Shown here piece by piece: positions 53,502 through 62,727 of a DNA stretch of 64,000 nt. The position numbers were made by a program, and so were the translations under genes. The notes beneath the pieces are model-generated. The model saw nothing but the letters and a program-made list of their open reading frames with translations. It ran no database searches and was not told the DNA's origin. Each line of letters begins with the position of its first letter. The stretch's first letter is position 1. The stretch is taken from positions 43,748-107,747 of the forward strand of contig DAHR01000013.1 in assembly GCA_002498525.1 (NCBI GenBank), written 5' to 3'. This DNA is from Euryarchaeota archaeon UBA58 (GTDB lineage: Archaea > Thermoplasmatota > Poseidoniia > Poseidoniales > Thalassarchaeaceae).

Positions 53502-55511
53502 ATGGTTCGCGACGCGATGACCGAGTTGGACAGCATCGAGAGCATGTTGGATGAACAGCGTCGTTTCCCACCCCCCGAGCCAATCGCCAGCGAGGCGCAC
53601 ATCACCGACCTCGATGAATATCAATCGATGTGGCGGCGCAGCATCGCCGACCCCGCCGGCTTCTGGGGTGAGATCGCCGAAGATTTCGAGTGGTATCGCA
53701 AGTGGGACGAGGTCGCCTCTTGGGATTTCGTGGATGCGCAGATCAAGTGGTTCGAGGGTGCCCAACTGAACGTCAGTGTGAACTGCCTTGACAGGCACAT
53801 CGCTGCTGGTCGCGCTGGCGATCCAGCCATCTCGTTCGAGGCGGACGACGGTGAAATGAGCACCTACAGCTTCAGTGAAGTGCTGGAGCAGGTGTGTCGG
53901 CTAGGAAACCTCCTGCGCGTGAATGGCGTCACCAAGGGAGATCGTGTCACAGTCTACATGCCGATGATTCCCGAACTCGCCTTCACGCTGTTGGCCTGCG
54001 CACGCATCGGCGCCATACATTCAGTCGTGTTCGGCGGCTTCTCTGCAGACTCACTCGCCCAGCGCATCGTCGACTGCACCTCAGACGTGCTCGTAACCAC
54101 AGACGCCGGCATCCGCGGCGGCAAGCTGGTCCCGCTCAAGTCGACGGGCGACGCTGCCATCGAACTCGCCGCTGAGCAGGGCGTCAACGTCCGCTGCGTG
54201 ATAGTCAACCACAGAGCAGGCGATGGAATCGGCGAAGGCAGCCCGGGCTGGGTCGCGGGAAGGGATGTCGATATGGAAGAAGGAATGGCAGCCCAAGGAA
54301 CCACTTGTGAGCCGGAGATCATGGAAGCTGAGGATCCACTCTTCATCCTCTACACGTCTGGCTCGACTGGCAAGCCAAAGGGGGTCCTGCACACTCAGGC
54401 GGGTTACATGGTGTATGCGGCTACGACCTGCAAATACGTCTTCGACCTGAGGCCTGAGCGCGACCTGCACTTCTGCACGGCAGACATAGGATGGGTTACC
54501 GGTCACACCTACATCATCTACGGCCCGCTCGCTCTGGGGGTTCACACACTGATGTTCGAGGGAATTCCGACCTACCCTGACGCTGGGAGGTTCTGGGACA
54601 TCTGCGACAAGCACCGTCCTACCACCTTCTACACCGCTCCCACCGCAATCCGGGCCCTCATGGTGCATGGCACTGAGCCGGTTCATCGCTACAAGCGGGA
54701 CTCGATGAGAGTGCTCGGGACGGTCGGCGAGCCGATCAACCCAGAGGCGTGGATGTGGTATCACAAGCACGTGGGAGGCGAGACTCGCCCTATCGTCGAC
54801 ACTTGGTGGCAGACGGAGACGGGCGGCATAATGATCACTCCACTTCCCGGAATGACGACCACGAAGCCTGGTTCAGTGACGCGGCCGTTCTTCGGTGTGC
54901 TGCCGCGAGTGGTGAAAGCGGACGGGACCGAGTGCGAAGTGAACGAGGGAGGCTACCTGATCATCGAGCAGGCGTGGCCTGGCATGATGCGCACGCTCTA
55001 CGGCGACCACGAGCGGTTTCGCGAGGTCTACTTCACCCAACAACCAGGGCGCTACTTCACCGGCGACGGGGCTCGCAAGGACGAAGACGGCTGCTTCTGG
55101 ATAATGGGCCGCATCGACGACGTGATCAACATCTCAGGACACCGTATGGGAACCGCCGAAGTCGAGTCGGCACTCGTGGCGCACAAGTCGGTGTGCGAGG
55201 CGGCGGTGGTCGGCTTCCCGCACGAGATCAAGGGACAGGGCATCTACTGCTATGTCACCCTCGAGCAGGGAATCAAGGCCTCGGATGAACTCAGACAAGA
55301 ACTCAGAATGGGAGTGCGAACGATTATCGGACCAATAGCCACGCCGGACGCCATCCACTTCACACAGGTACTCCCGAAAACTAGGTCAGGGAAGATCATG
55401 CGACGCATCCTCAGGAAAATAGCCGCTGGTGACGTCAGCGACCTCGGCGATACAAGCACTTTGGCTGACCCGAGCGTTGTCACCGACCTCCTCAAGAGTC
55501 GTCCAGAGTGA
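53502..55511 (+). CDS. acs: Acetyl-CoA synthetase (AMP-forming)
   Basis: 669 aa with YTSGSTGKPKGV, WWQTETGG, YFTGDGARKDEDGCFWIMGRIDDVINISGHR and SGKIMRR. Confidence 0.9.
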   Translation: MVRDAMTELDSIESMLDEQRRFPPPEPIASEAHITDLDEYQSMWRRSIADPAGFWGEIAEDFEWYRKWDEVASWDFVDAQIKWFEGAQLNVSVNCLDRHIAAGRAGDPAISFEADDGEMSTYSFSEVLEQVCRLGNLLRVNGVTKGDRVTVYMPMIPELAFTLLACARIGAIHSVVFGGFSADSLAQRIVDCTSDVLVTTDAGIRGGKLVPLKSTGDAAIELAAEQGVNVRCVIVNHRAGDGIGEGSPGWVAGRDVDMEEGMAAQGTTCEPEIMEAEDPLFILYTSGSTGKPKGVLHTQAGYMVYAATTCKYVFDLRPERDLHFCTADIGWVTGHTYIIYGPLALGVHTLMFEGIPTYPDAGRFWDICDKHRPTTFYTAPTAIRALMVHGTEPVHRYKRDSMRVLGTVGEPINPEAWMWYHKHVGGETRPIVDTWWQTETGGIMITPLPGMTTTKPGSVTRPFFGVLPRVVKADGTECEVNEGGYLIIEQAWPGMMRTLYGDHERFREVYFTQQPGRYFTGDGARKDEDGCFWIMGRIDDVINISGHRMGTAEVESALVAHKSVCEAAVVGFPHEIKGQGIYCYVTLEQGIKASDELRQELRMGVRTIIGPIATPDAIHFTQVLPKTRSGKIMRRILRKIAAGDVSDLGDTSTLADPSVVTDLLKSRPE

Positions 55512-55577
55512 AGAAAAGCCGAATTTTCCTAATCCGATTGATTCTAATGGACCGTACTGAGCGGTGTTGATGAGTAG

Positions 55578-56543
55578 GTGGGCGCAATGTATGTCTCGAC
55601 AAGGAACTCCGGGGGAGAGTTAGACCTCGACCTGCTCGACTCGATTCATATCAACCGCTCCGCTCTAGAGCGTCGAGCAGCGACTCTGCCCAAGCGGCGT
55701 GCGGTGAAGCAGGACTGGCAGGTCGCCTGGATGCTGCAAGCGCTGCGCTGCATCGACCTGACCACGCTCGCCGGCGACGATACACGCGGACGGGTCGTTC
55801 GCCTCGCGCAGAAGGCGATCCGACCTGTCAGAGGCGACCTGTTGAGTGCACTCGACCTCGATGTCGACACGATTCACTGTGCCAGCGTCTGCGTCTACCA
55901 CAACATGGTGCCCGCCGTGGCCGCCGCTCTAGAGGGCAGTCCAGTCGGAACCTGTGCCGTATCTACCGGCTTCCCGGCGGGGCACATCCCGCACGAGTTC
56001 AAACTCGAGCAGATCGAGGCATCGGTGGCGGCCGGAGCCAGCGAAATCGACATCGTGGTGAGTCGAGAGACCGTGCTGCGCGGTGATTGGCAGGCACTAT
56101 ACGACGAGGTGCGTGATTTCCGGACCTCCTGTGGTGACGCCCACCTGAAGACGATTCTTGCAACCGGAGAGTTGGCCAGCCTCAAGCAGGTGGCCCAAGC
56201 GAGCCACGTGTGCATGCTCGCGGGCGCGGATTTCATCAAAACGAGCACCGGCAAGGAGAGCGTGAACGCAACCCTTCCCGTTGGACTTGCGATGGTGCGC
56301 GCCATCCGAGATTACCACCAGCGCACCGGACAGAAGGTCGGGTTCAAGCCGGCTGGGGGCATCAGCACCGCCAAAGAGGCGGTTGTCTGGCTGGCGCTGA
56401 TGAAAGAGGAACTGGGTGACGAGTGGATGCAGCCCGACCTTTTCCGCATCGGTGCCTCCTCGCTGCTCGCAGACATCGAGCGGCAACTCGAATTCCATCT
56501 CTCAGGCCACTATTCAGCGGCCAACAGACATCCGATGGCATGA
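55578..56543 (+). CDS. deoC: Deoxyribose-phosphate aldolase, long (DERA-like) form
   Basis: DLTTLAGDDT, EIDIVV, ADFIKTSTGK (Schiff-base Lys) and FKPAGGIS. GTG start 55578 or ATG 55587. Confidence 0.8.
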   Translation: MGAMYVSTRNSGGELDLDLLDSIHINRSALERRAATLPKRRAVKQDWQVAWMLQALRCIDLTTLAGDDTRGRVVRLAQKAIRPVRGDLLSALDLDVDTIHCASVCVYHNMVPAVAAALEGSPVGTCAVSTGFPAGHIPHEFKLEQIEASVAAGASEIDIVVSRETVLRGDWQALYDEVRDFRTSCGDAHLKTILATGELASLKQVAQASHVCMLAGADFIKTSTGKESVNATLPVGLAMVRAIRDYHQRTGQKVGFKPAGGISTAKEAVVWLALMKEELGDEWMQPDLFRIGASSLLADIERQLEFHLSGHYSAANRHPMA

Positions 56544-56552
56544 GGTGAACGA

Positions 56553-58886
56553 ATGAGCGTCAAGGAGATCCTCGATTCCCTCGAATGGGGTCCTGCACCC
56601 GAATCGGACGCCTTCGCCCGTGAATGGCTGGACGAGCACGGCCCCGATTTTGGCATGTACATCGACGGCGGCTGGAGGCACGCCGCCAGCGGCGAGAAAT
56701 TCGAGACGCGCAACCCGGCTGACAACCAGCTGCTCGGCACTATCTCACAGGCCGGCGAAGAAGAGGTGAATGCGGCAGTGGCAGCAGCCCGAGCCGCACT
56801 GCCCGAGTGGTCCTCAACACCAGGACACGTGCGCGCCCGCTATCTCTACGCCATCGCCAGACAGGTGCAGAAGCACCACCGACTCCTCGCCGTGCTGGAG
56901 ACTCTCGACAACGGCAAGCCGATCCGCGAGACCCGCGATGTGGACATCCCGCTGGTCGCCCGCCACTTCTACCACCACGCCGGCTGGGCACAGCTGTTCG
57001 ATGAGACATTCCCCGGCTACGGCCCGGTCGGAGTCTGTGGTCAGGTGATTCCGTGGAACTTCCCGCTGCTGATGCTCGCATGGAAGATTGCTCCCGCCAT
57101 CGCCGCCGGAAACACCGTCGTGCTCAAACCGGCCGAGTTCACCTCAATCTCCGCACTCGCCTTCGCCGCCATCTGCGAATCGGTGGGACTCCCTTCGGGT
57201 GTCGTTAACATCGTCACCGGCGACGGACGCACAGGCGCGCTTATCACAGAGCATGAGGACATCGACAAAGTCGCTTTCACCGGCTCGACAGAAGTCGGCC
57301 GCATAATACGCAAGGCAACCGCGGGCAGCGGAAAGGCCCTGACCCTGGAACTCGGAGGCAAGAGCCCGTTCATCGTCTTCGAGGACGCCGACATAGACTC
57401 GGCGGTCGAAGGGCTCGTGAACGCCATATGGTTCAATCAGGGTCAGGTCTGCTGTGCCGGCTCGAGGTTGTTGGTGCAGGAGTCTGTAGCAGAGGAGTTC
57501 CATGAGAAACTGCGTGCACGCATGGGGAAGCTTCGGGTGGGTAACCCGATGGACAAGGCAGTCGACATGGGTGCGATAGTAGATGAAGTCCAACTCAAAA
57601 CCATCTCTGAACTCTGCCAGCTCGGCTGCGACGAAGGGGCCACGATGTGGCAACCGGACACCGAACTCCCCAAGGGAGGCTGGTTCTTCCCACCCACACT
57701 GTTCACAGACGTCTCACCCGCTTCCACGATCGTCCAGGAGGAGATCTTCGGCCCGGTGCTGGTCTCGCTCACCTTCCGCTCCCACGAAGAGGCGATCGCG
57801 CTCGCAAACAATACGCGCTATGGACTGGCCGGCAGCGTCTGGAGTCAGGACATCGACACGGCGCTCGAGGTTGCACGGGCAATCCGCGCTGGCACTATCT
57901 GGGTGAACTGCACCAATCAATTCGACGCCAACTCCGGCTTCGGTGGCTATCGTGAGTCAGGCTTCGGTCGCGAGGGCGGCCGCGAGGGGATGCACGCCTA
58001 CATACGACCCACAGGTGATCACGAGTCTCCCGCAGCTGTCGCTACCGCAGGGGTAGACGCTCCCGCGCCAGCAGGCGGTGACGGCTCAGGAGATATCGAT
58101 CGGACAGCCAAGATGTACATCGGCGGCAAGCAGAAGCGGCCAGATGGTGGCTACTCACTCGATGTGCCTGGTGGACAGGTCGGCCGGGGTAATCGCAAGG
58201 ACATCCGAGACGCGGTGGCGGCAGCCATCAAGGCGACCGCCTGGGCAGAAATGAGTGCTCATTCACGCGCACAGGTGCTCTACTACATCGCCGAGAACCT
58301 CGAACAGCGCACCGAGGAATTCGCGAGCATAATCTCAGCGAGCACCGGCTGCTCCGATGATGATGCGGCTACCGAAGTTGCCGACTCCGTCGCCGAGTGG
58401 TTCCGCTGGGCGGCGTGGGCGGACAAGTTCGACGGACGTGTGCACGAGACTACCATGCACGGACTGGTTCTGGCACTCAACGAGGCGATCGGTGTCGTCG
58501 GAGTGATCTGCCCCGATTCACGACCACTGCATGGATTCACCCGACTGGTGGCACCACTGCTCGCCATGGGCAACACCGTGGTGGCGATTCCCTCAGAAGC
58601 ACACCCGCTGGCGGCCGCTGGCATCTACCAAGTGCTGGAAACCTCTGACCTTCCCGGCGGCGTACTGAACTTCGTCACCGGGTTGCGCCAAGAGATTGTC
58701 AGTACCCTTGCGGAACACGACGGTGTCGACGCCATCTGGTCCGCTGCGGGCGACATCGCCGAGGTGGAGGTGGCCAGTGCTGGAAACATGAAGAGAGTCT
58801 GGAACGCGGACACAAGCGCGGCCGACGAGGAATTGCTCAGAGCGGCGATTCAGGTGAAGAACATCTGGCTGCCACACGGTGTCTGA
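56553..58886 (+). CDS. Aldehyde dehydrogenase fused to a second, truncated ALDH-like domain
   Basis: aa 1-490 form a complete ALDH (VIPWNFPL, FTGSTEVGR, ELGGKSP, catalytic VCCAGSRL, EEIFGPV). aa ~500-777 repeat the ALDH N-terminal/NAD-binding layout (KMYIGGK..., GVICPDSRPL) but stop before a catalytic-Cys domain. Confidence 0.8.
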   Translation: MSVKEILDSLEWGPAPESDAFAREWLDEHGPDFGMYIDGGWRHAASGEKFETRNPADNQLLGTISQAGEEEVNAAVAAARAALPEWSSTPGHVRARYLYAIARQVQKHHRLLAVLETLDNGKPIRETRDVDIPLVARHFYHHAGWAQLFDETFPGYGPVGVCGQVIPWNFPLLMLAWKIAPAIAAGNTVVLKPAEFTSISALAFAAICESVGLPSGVVNIVTGDGRTGALITEHEDIDKVAFTGSTEVGRIIRKATAGSGKALTLELGGKSPFIVFEDADIDSAVEGLVNAIWFNQGQVCCAGSRLLVQESVAEEFHEKLRARMGKLRVGNPMDKAVDMGAIVDEVQLKTISELCQLGCDEGATMWQPDTELPKGGWFFPPTLFTDVSPASTIVQEEIFGPVLVSLTFRSHEEAIALANNTRYGLAGSVWSQDIDTALEVARAIRAGTIWVNCTNQFDANSGFGGYRESGFGREGGREGMHAYIRPTGDHESPAAVATAGVDAPAPAGGDGSGDIDRTAKMYIGGKQKRPDGGYSLDVPGGQVGRGNRKDIRDAVAAAIKATAWAEMSAHSRAQVLYYIAENLEQRTEEFASIISASTGCSDDDAATEVADSVAEWFRWAAWADKFDGRVHETTMHGLVLALNEAIGVVGVICPDSRPLHGFTRLVAPLLAMGNTVVAIPSEAHPLAAAGIYQVLETSDLPGGVLNFVTGLRQEIVSTLAEHDGVDAIWSAAGDIAEVEVASAGNMKRVWNADTSAADEELLRAAIQVKNIWLPHGV

Positions 58887-59028
58887 TGCCGCAGGCCGAG
58901 GGCCGCTTCATGTGAGAATAAGTCCTCAGTCTCAAGGATGGTTATATCTCGACTTATGGAGGTCGGCGGGCGCCCAGCGTGTGATGGTTTTCCCAGAGAC
59001 TGCAGAATCCACGCATGGCGTGGATTCG

Positions 59029-59664
59029 TCAGGCACCAGGGCCAACAACTGATGCTACGACTCCGAGCAAGCCGATGGTGATGACGAGGACCACGGAAGT
59101 CCGCAGTGCGCGTATTCGGAGTTCGTCTTCGCTGTCTTCACGGAAGGTGAGGTAGCAGAGATAGACCATGACGATAATCATCATGTGCTTGATTAGCATC
59201 ACCGAGGTCCAGCGATTTGCGAAGAATTCGAGGAGCAAGGGGTGTCCCGGTTGGTAGAGTCTCATCAGGCCTCCGGTGAGGTTGAAGACTAGGCCGACGA
59301 TGGTCAGGCGCTTTCCCATCAGACTGAGGCCTGAGGAGAACGAGATTTCTGTTTCCGGGCTCTCATCGAGATGTCGTTTGACGTGGTAATAGAGAATCAG
59401 AATGCCCGATAAAAGCAACATCGAGCCGAGGCTGTGCAGGCTATTTGCAAGAATCATCATGTCGAAACCCCCTAGAAGTGCTCTCCAAGATGATTCGCCG
59501 GCTTCTTCGCCGTGAGCCGCGACCGATGATGAGAGGAGCGAGGTCAGTGTGGTTGCGATGAGTAGTCGACCTGTTGACAGATTGTTCGGTGGTCGATTCA
59601 TGAGCTGGCGGTCACTCGGTGGTCGATTACTGAGGGACCGATACGTGTTGCCCATGTTGGTCAC
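59029..59664 (-). CDS. Hypothetical multi-pass membrane protein
   Basis: 211-aa hydrophobic ORF. The N-terminal region carries a short duplicated peptide (NRPPSDRQL / NRPPNNLS). Confidence 0.5.
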   Translation of the reverse strand: MTNMGNTYRSLSNRPPSDRQLMNRPPNNLSTGRLLIATTLTSLLSSSVAAHGEEAGESSWRALLGGFDMMILANSLHSLGSMLLLSGILILYYHVKRHLDESPETEISFSSGLSLMGKRLTIVGLVFNLTGGLMRLYQPGHPLLLEFFANRWTSVMLIKHMMIIVMVYLCYLTFREDSEDELRIRALRTSVVLVITIGLLGVVASVVGPGA

Positions 59665-59763
59665 ATACTCGGCTGTTGACTATTGATTCTTCCTCAAAAC
59701 GGCCTGTGGCATGCTCACAGGGCCGGTTATGTGTTTAATGTGGGGCATCGCGTGTTCTGATTC

Positions 59764-60918
59764 ATGGCGCGCGTGGCGATTGTCTGTATCACGTTCGCGT
59801 TGATGCTCAGCGCGGTGCCGAATGTGGCTGCTCACGACGAGCCTCCGGTCGCTGCAGGGATGATTCTCGCACTGTCGGGTTCGGGTGGAGACTTTGACTT
59901 GATTCGCGAGACTCCGGCTGAGGCCAGCCAGGGTTCACGCGACATCGTCGGCGGTGTCGATGTCGATCTCGGTGTCTGGCTGAGCGCGCCGCTTGAGAAC
60001 GATCTTTCGATTGTTTCAGGCGACATCATGGTGGTGATGTGGGCGCTGCCTTTGGTGCCAGTCATTGGAGATGGCATCGATTTCACTATTACGGTGTCGA
60101 TTGATGGTGAGGTCATCGACTCGCACACCTCCGATGTGGTGTCGATGATCGAACCGCTGATCTGGACCGCCGTGCCATGGTTCGCGCCGAATATCGAGTT
60201 CAATGCCTCGGCGGGACAGCAGTTCGAACTGCACGCCAGCGCGATGCTGGACGGTGTCGGCTCGGCCAGGGTGCAATGGGGCAATGAGATGGATTCGCCG
60301 GCGACTTTTTCGATTGAGAATTGGTTATTGGTGCGGGAGGAATCACAGGTTCCGACCGAAGAATCTTCGCAACTTGAGGCAAAATTCAATACCCCGTGGA
60401 ACTGCTCTGACATCGACGCGGTGACACTTGAAACCAAGGGACCAGTCGACAATCACGACATGGCTTGGGAGGACGGAGGCGAGTCTGAAACGCGTGCGCT
60501 CACGCGCGAGGAATGCACCTTCGCCCTCGACCTCGCACAGATCGAAGGAACTCACCTGACGCTATGGAAAGTGAGTATGAGTGACGGTGGCATCATCAAT
60601 CAAAGCGGCAACTTCGAAGTCATGGCTCTTGAGCCTGAGGGAGTGACTCAACCATTGCACGTGAACCTGCTCGGTGGCGTCATGGGGGCTCTGCTGGCAG
60701 GCGTTCTTTTAGTGGCCGAAGTCAGTCGCAAAGTGTATCCCGAGCGCTTCGAAGGTCGGGAATCACTCGGTTATTTCGAGCGACTGCAAAGCGGCTTCTC
60801 AGCAGAGCAGTTGGCTGTAATCGGCATCGCGGTCTTGGTCGGAGCTTTGACCAATCTGACGGTCACAATCATCCTCTTCGCTGTGCTTTATGCTTCGCTC
60901 TGGTCAATCAATGATTGA
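59764..60918 (+). CDS. Secreted hypothetical protein with C-terminal TM segments
   Basis: Signal-like MARVAIVCITFALMLSAVPNVAAHD. Beta-rich body. Two C-terminal hydrophobic helices. Confidence 0.55.
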   Translation: MARVAIVCITFALMLSAVPNVAAHDEPPVAAGMILALSGSGGDFDLIRETPAEASQGSRDIVGGVDVDLGVWLSAPLENDLSIVSGDIMVVMWALPLVPVIGDGIDFTITVSIDGEVIDSHTSDVVSMIEPLIWTAVPWFAPNIEFNASAGQQFELHASAMLDGVGSARVQWGNEMDSPATFSIENWLLVREESQVPTEESSQLEAKFNTPWNCSDIDAVTLETKGPVDNHDMAWEDGGESETRALTREECTFALDLAQIEGTHLTLWKVSMSDGGIINQSGNFEVMALEPEGVTQPLHVNLLGGVMGALLAGVLLVAEVSRKVYPERFEGRESLGYFERLQSGFSAEQLAVIGIAVLVGALTNLTVTIILFAVLYASLWSIND

Positions 60919-60941
60919 TGAGAGCCGAGCCAGCGGCCGAA

Positions 60942-61598
60942 TCAGGCATCTTCCTCTGGGATTTCGTAACCCCTGACGTGGTGAATTTTCAACATGTGCG
61001 CTTCGGCATTTCGTGGTTTCAAGCGCGCTGAACAATGTGGACAATCGATGAAATCACCGCTGCTCGAGCGCGACTTTGTTGAGCGTGATTCGGTGCTCGA
61101 CTTCGGGCCTCGCATCTTGACGACGAGGCCCGCGATACTGCCGACGATCAGTGCGACGAGAAGAAACGAGGCGGCGAGAGTGTGAAAGAAGCCAGGGTCG
61201 CTGTCCAATTGCAGGTCGTCAGTGACGTATCTGTCCGCCTCCTCCGGTTGTCCATCCGCGCCTTGCAGGTCGATGATGTGCTCGAATTTTTGTCCGTCGA
61301 CATCGAGTACAATCTTCATTCCGTGGTCGCCGGAGTGGATATGCAGAATCAACTCGTAATTGCCTGAGAATCCAGTGCTGTCGTCACGCTCTTTGTTATT
61401 ACCACAAAGTGAAGAATCGGTCGCATCTTCTGAACAATCTATCTCGACAGTCATCCAGCGCATGACCTCACCATCGGGCGAGAGAACCTTGCCTTCGATG
61501 ACGTAGCGGTGTTCCCACTCATGCTCGGCTTGGGCAGGTATGACGCCAGACAGTAGAATTGCAGCCAGAACCAGAACGAGGATGTTGCTTCTCATCAT
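60942..61598 (-). CDS. Single-pass membrane protein: signal peptide, CarboxypepD_reg-like beta-sandwich, TM, cytoplasmic C2H2-like zinc finger
   Basis: Signal VLVLAAILLSGVIPAQAEH. IEGKVLSPDGEV. TM LAASFLLVALIVGSIAGLVV. Tail CPHCSARLKPRNAEAHMLKIHH. Confidence 0.55.
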   Translation of the reverse strand: MMRSNILVLVLAAILLSGVIPAQAEHEWEHRYVIEGKVLSPDGEVMRWMTVEIDCSEDATDSSLCGNNKERDDSTGFSGNYELILHIHSGDHGMKIVLDVDGQKFEHIIDLQGADGQPEEADRYVTDDLQLDSDPGFFHTLAASFLLVALIVGSIAGLVVKMRGPKSSTESRSTKSRSSSGDFIDCPHCSARLKPRNAEAHMLKIHHVRGYEIPEEDA

Positions 61599-61656
61599 TG
61601 GATGGGTCGAATGAAGTCCTGTTAATGATTTCGCGGAATCGGTGTCCGATAGATTC

Positions 61657-62457
61657 TCAGCGCGGATGGATGATTGGAAACAGCGGATGGTTCATCTCTG
61701 CCCCCGCTGCTAACTCCTCTGCTAACCCCTCGAACTCGGGGGAAGTGCGCCAAGTTCGTGGGGCGTGACGAATGTCCTCGCCCATCACCCTGACTGAGAA
61801 TGCTCGGCGCCGATTTGTTGAGCCGCGTGCGCCGTGCAGCGTCAACATATGGAATGCGACGGCGTCGCCTTGATTCAATTCCCAACCGAGGATCTCGTGT
61901 GAATCAGACTCGCCGTCGATATCGGGAACTTCAGCTAGACTACCCTCTGGAAACCACTTGGATTGGTCGGTCAGGAAGGTCTTGGGCATGTACCAAGTAC
62001 CATCGTTCGAGCGAGCGACGAACTCGAGTGTTGCGGGCCGAGAGACCGGGTCGACGGGAATCCAGAAACTGATGTTCTGCGAGCCTTCGATATTGTAGTA
62101 CGGAAGGTCTTGATGCCACGGAGTCGGCTGTTTTGTCGCCGGTTCTTTGGTCAACATGTGGTCGTGGTAGAGCCTTACTACTGCGCTTCTCATCAGCTTG
62201 GATGCGACCTCTGGAAGTGCTGATTCGAAGATGATTTCGCGGTAGGCTGAGATGCGTTGCCAATTGCAGAAATCCTCGAAGAAACGGCCAGGGTCTGAAT
62301 TGCGGCTGGCGGTCTGGCCGAGGGGGCTGGGATTCTCGATGTTCCAATCGATCGCCGTGGCCAGTTTTTCGACTTCTTCGGCGTTGAGCAGATTACGAAT
62401 CACCACAGCGCCATTGCGCTGATAGAACTCGACGTCGGCCTCACTAACCACTACCAT
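61657..62457 (-). CDS. Phytanoyl-CoA dioxygenase (PhyH) family Fe(II)/2-oxoglutarate oxygenase
   Basis: FYQRNGAVVIRNLL, WHQDLPYY (HxD), ISFWIPVDPV and AFHMLTLHGA (distal His). Confidence 0.75.
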   Translation of the reverse strand: MVVVSEADVEFYQRNGAVVIRNLLNAEEVEKLATAIDWNIENPSPLGQTASRNSDPGRFFEDFCNWQRISAYREIIFESALPEVASKLMRSAVVRLYHDHMLTKEPATKQPTPWHQDLPYYNIEGSQNISFWIPVDPVSRPATLEFVARSNDGTWYMPKTFLTDQSKWFPEGSLAEVPDIDGESDSHEILGWELNQGDAVAFHMLTLHGARGSTNRRRAFSVRVMGEDIRHAPRTWRTSPEFEGLAEELAAGAEMNHPLFPIIHPR

Positions 62458-62539
62458 GAATCGCTTCTGACAAGGCAGATTTTGAAGTCTCCCACGAGAG
62501 TTCGATGACTGTCGAGCCCACCTTCCATTGATTCAAAGC

Positions 62540-62615
62540 TGGTGGGCTCGGCAGGAATTGAACCTGCGATCTTCGCCGTGTGAAGGCGACGTCATAACCC
62601 CTAGACCACGAGCCC
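62540..62615 (-). tRNA. tRNA-Val (anticodon CAC), CCA encoded
   Basis: Reverse complement is GGGCTCGTGGTCTAGGGGTTATGACGTCGCCTTCACACGGCGAAGATCGCAGGTTCAATTCCTGCCGAGCCCACCA. Its body is nearly identical to tRNA-Val(UAC) at 24966-25041. Confidence 0.93.
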
Positions 62616-62727
62616 AGCAAGGGCTCGACGAGTGTTGGCGACTTAATCGTGATGACACTTCACATCCACTTTTCGTCCCACCCCTGTCCCCGCCGCAATC
62701 AAATGCGTCCGGCAGGTCGGGGGTTCG

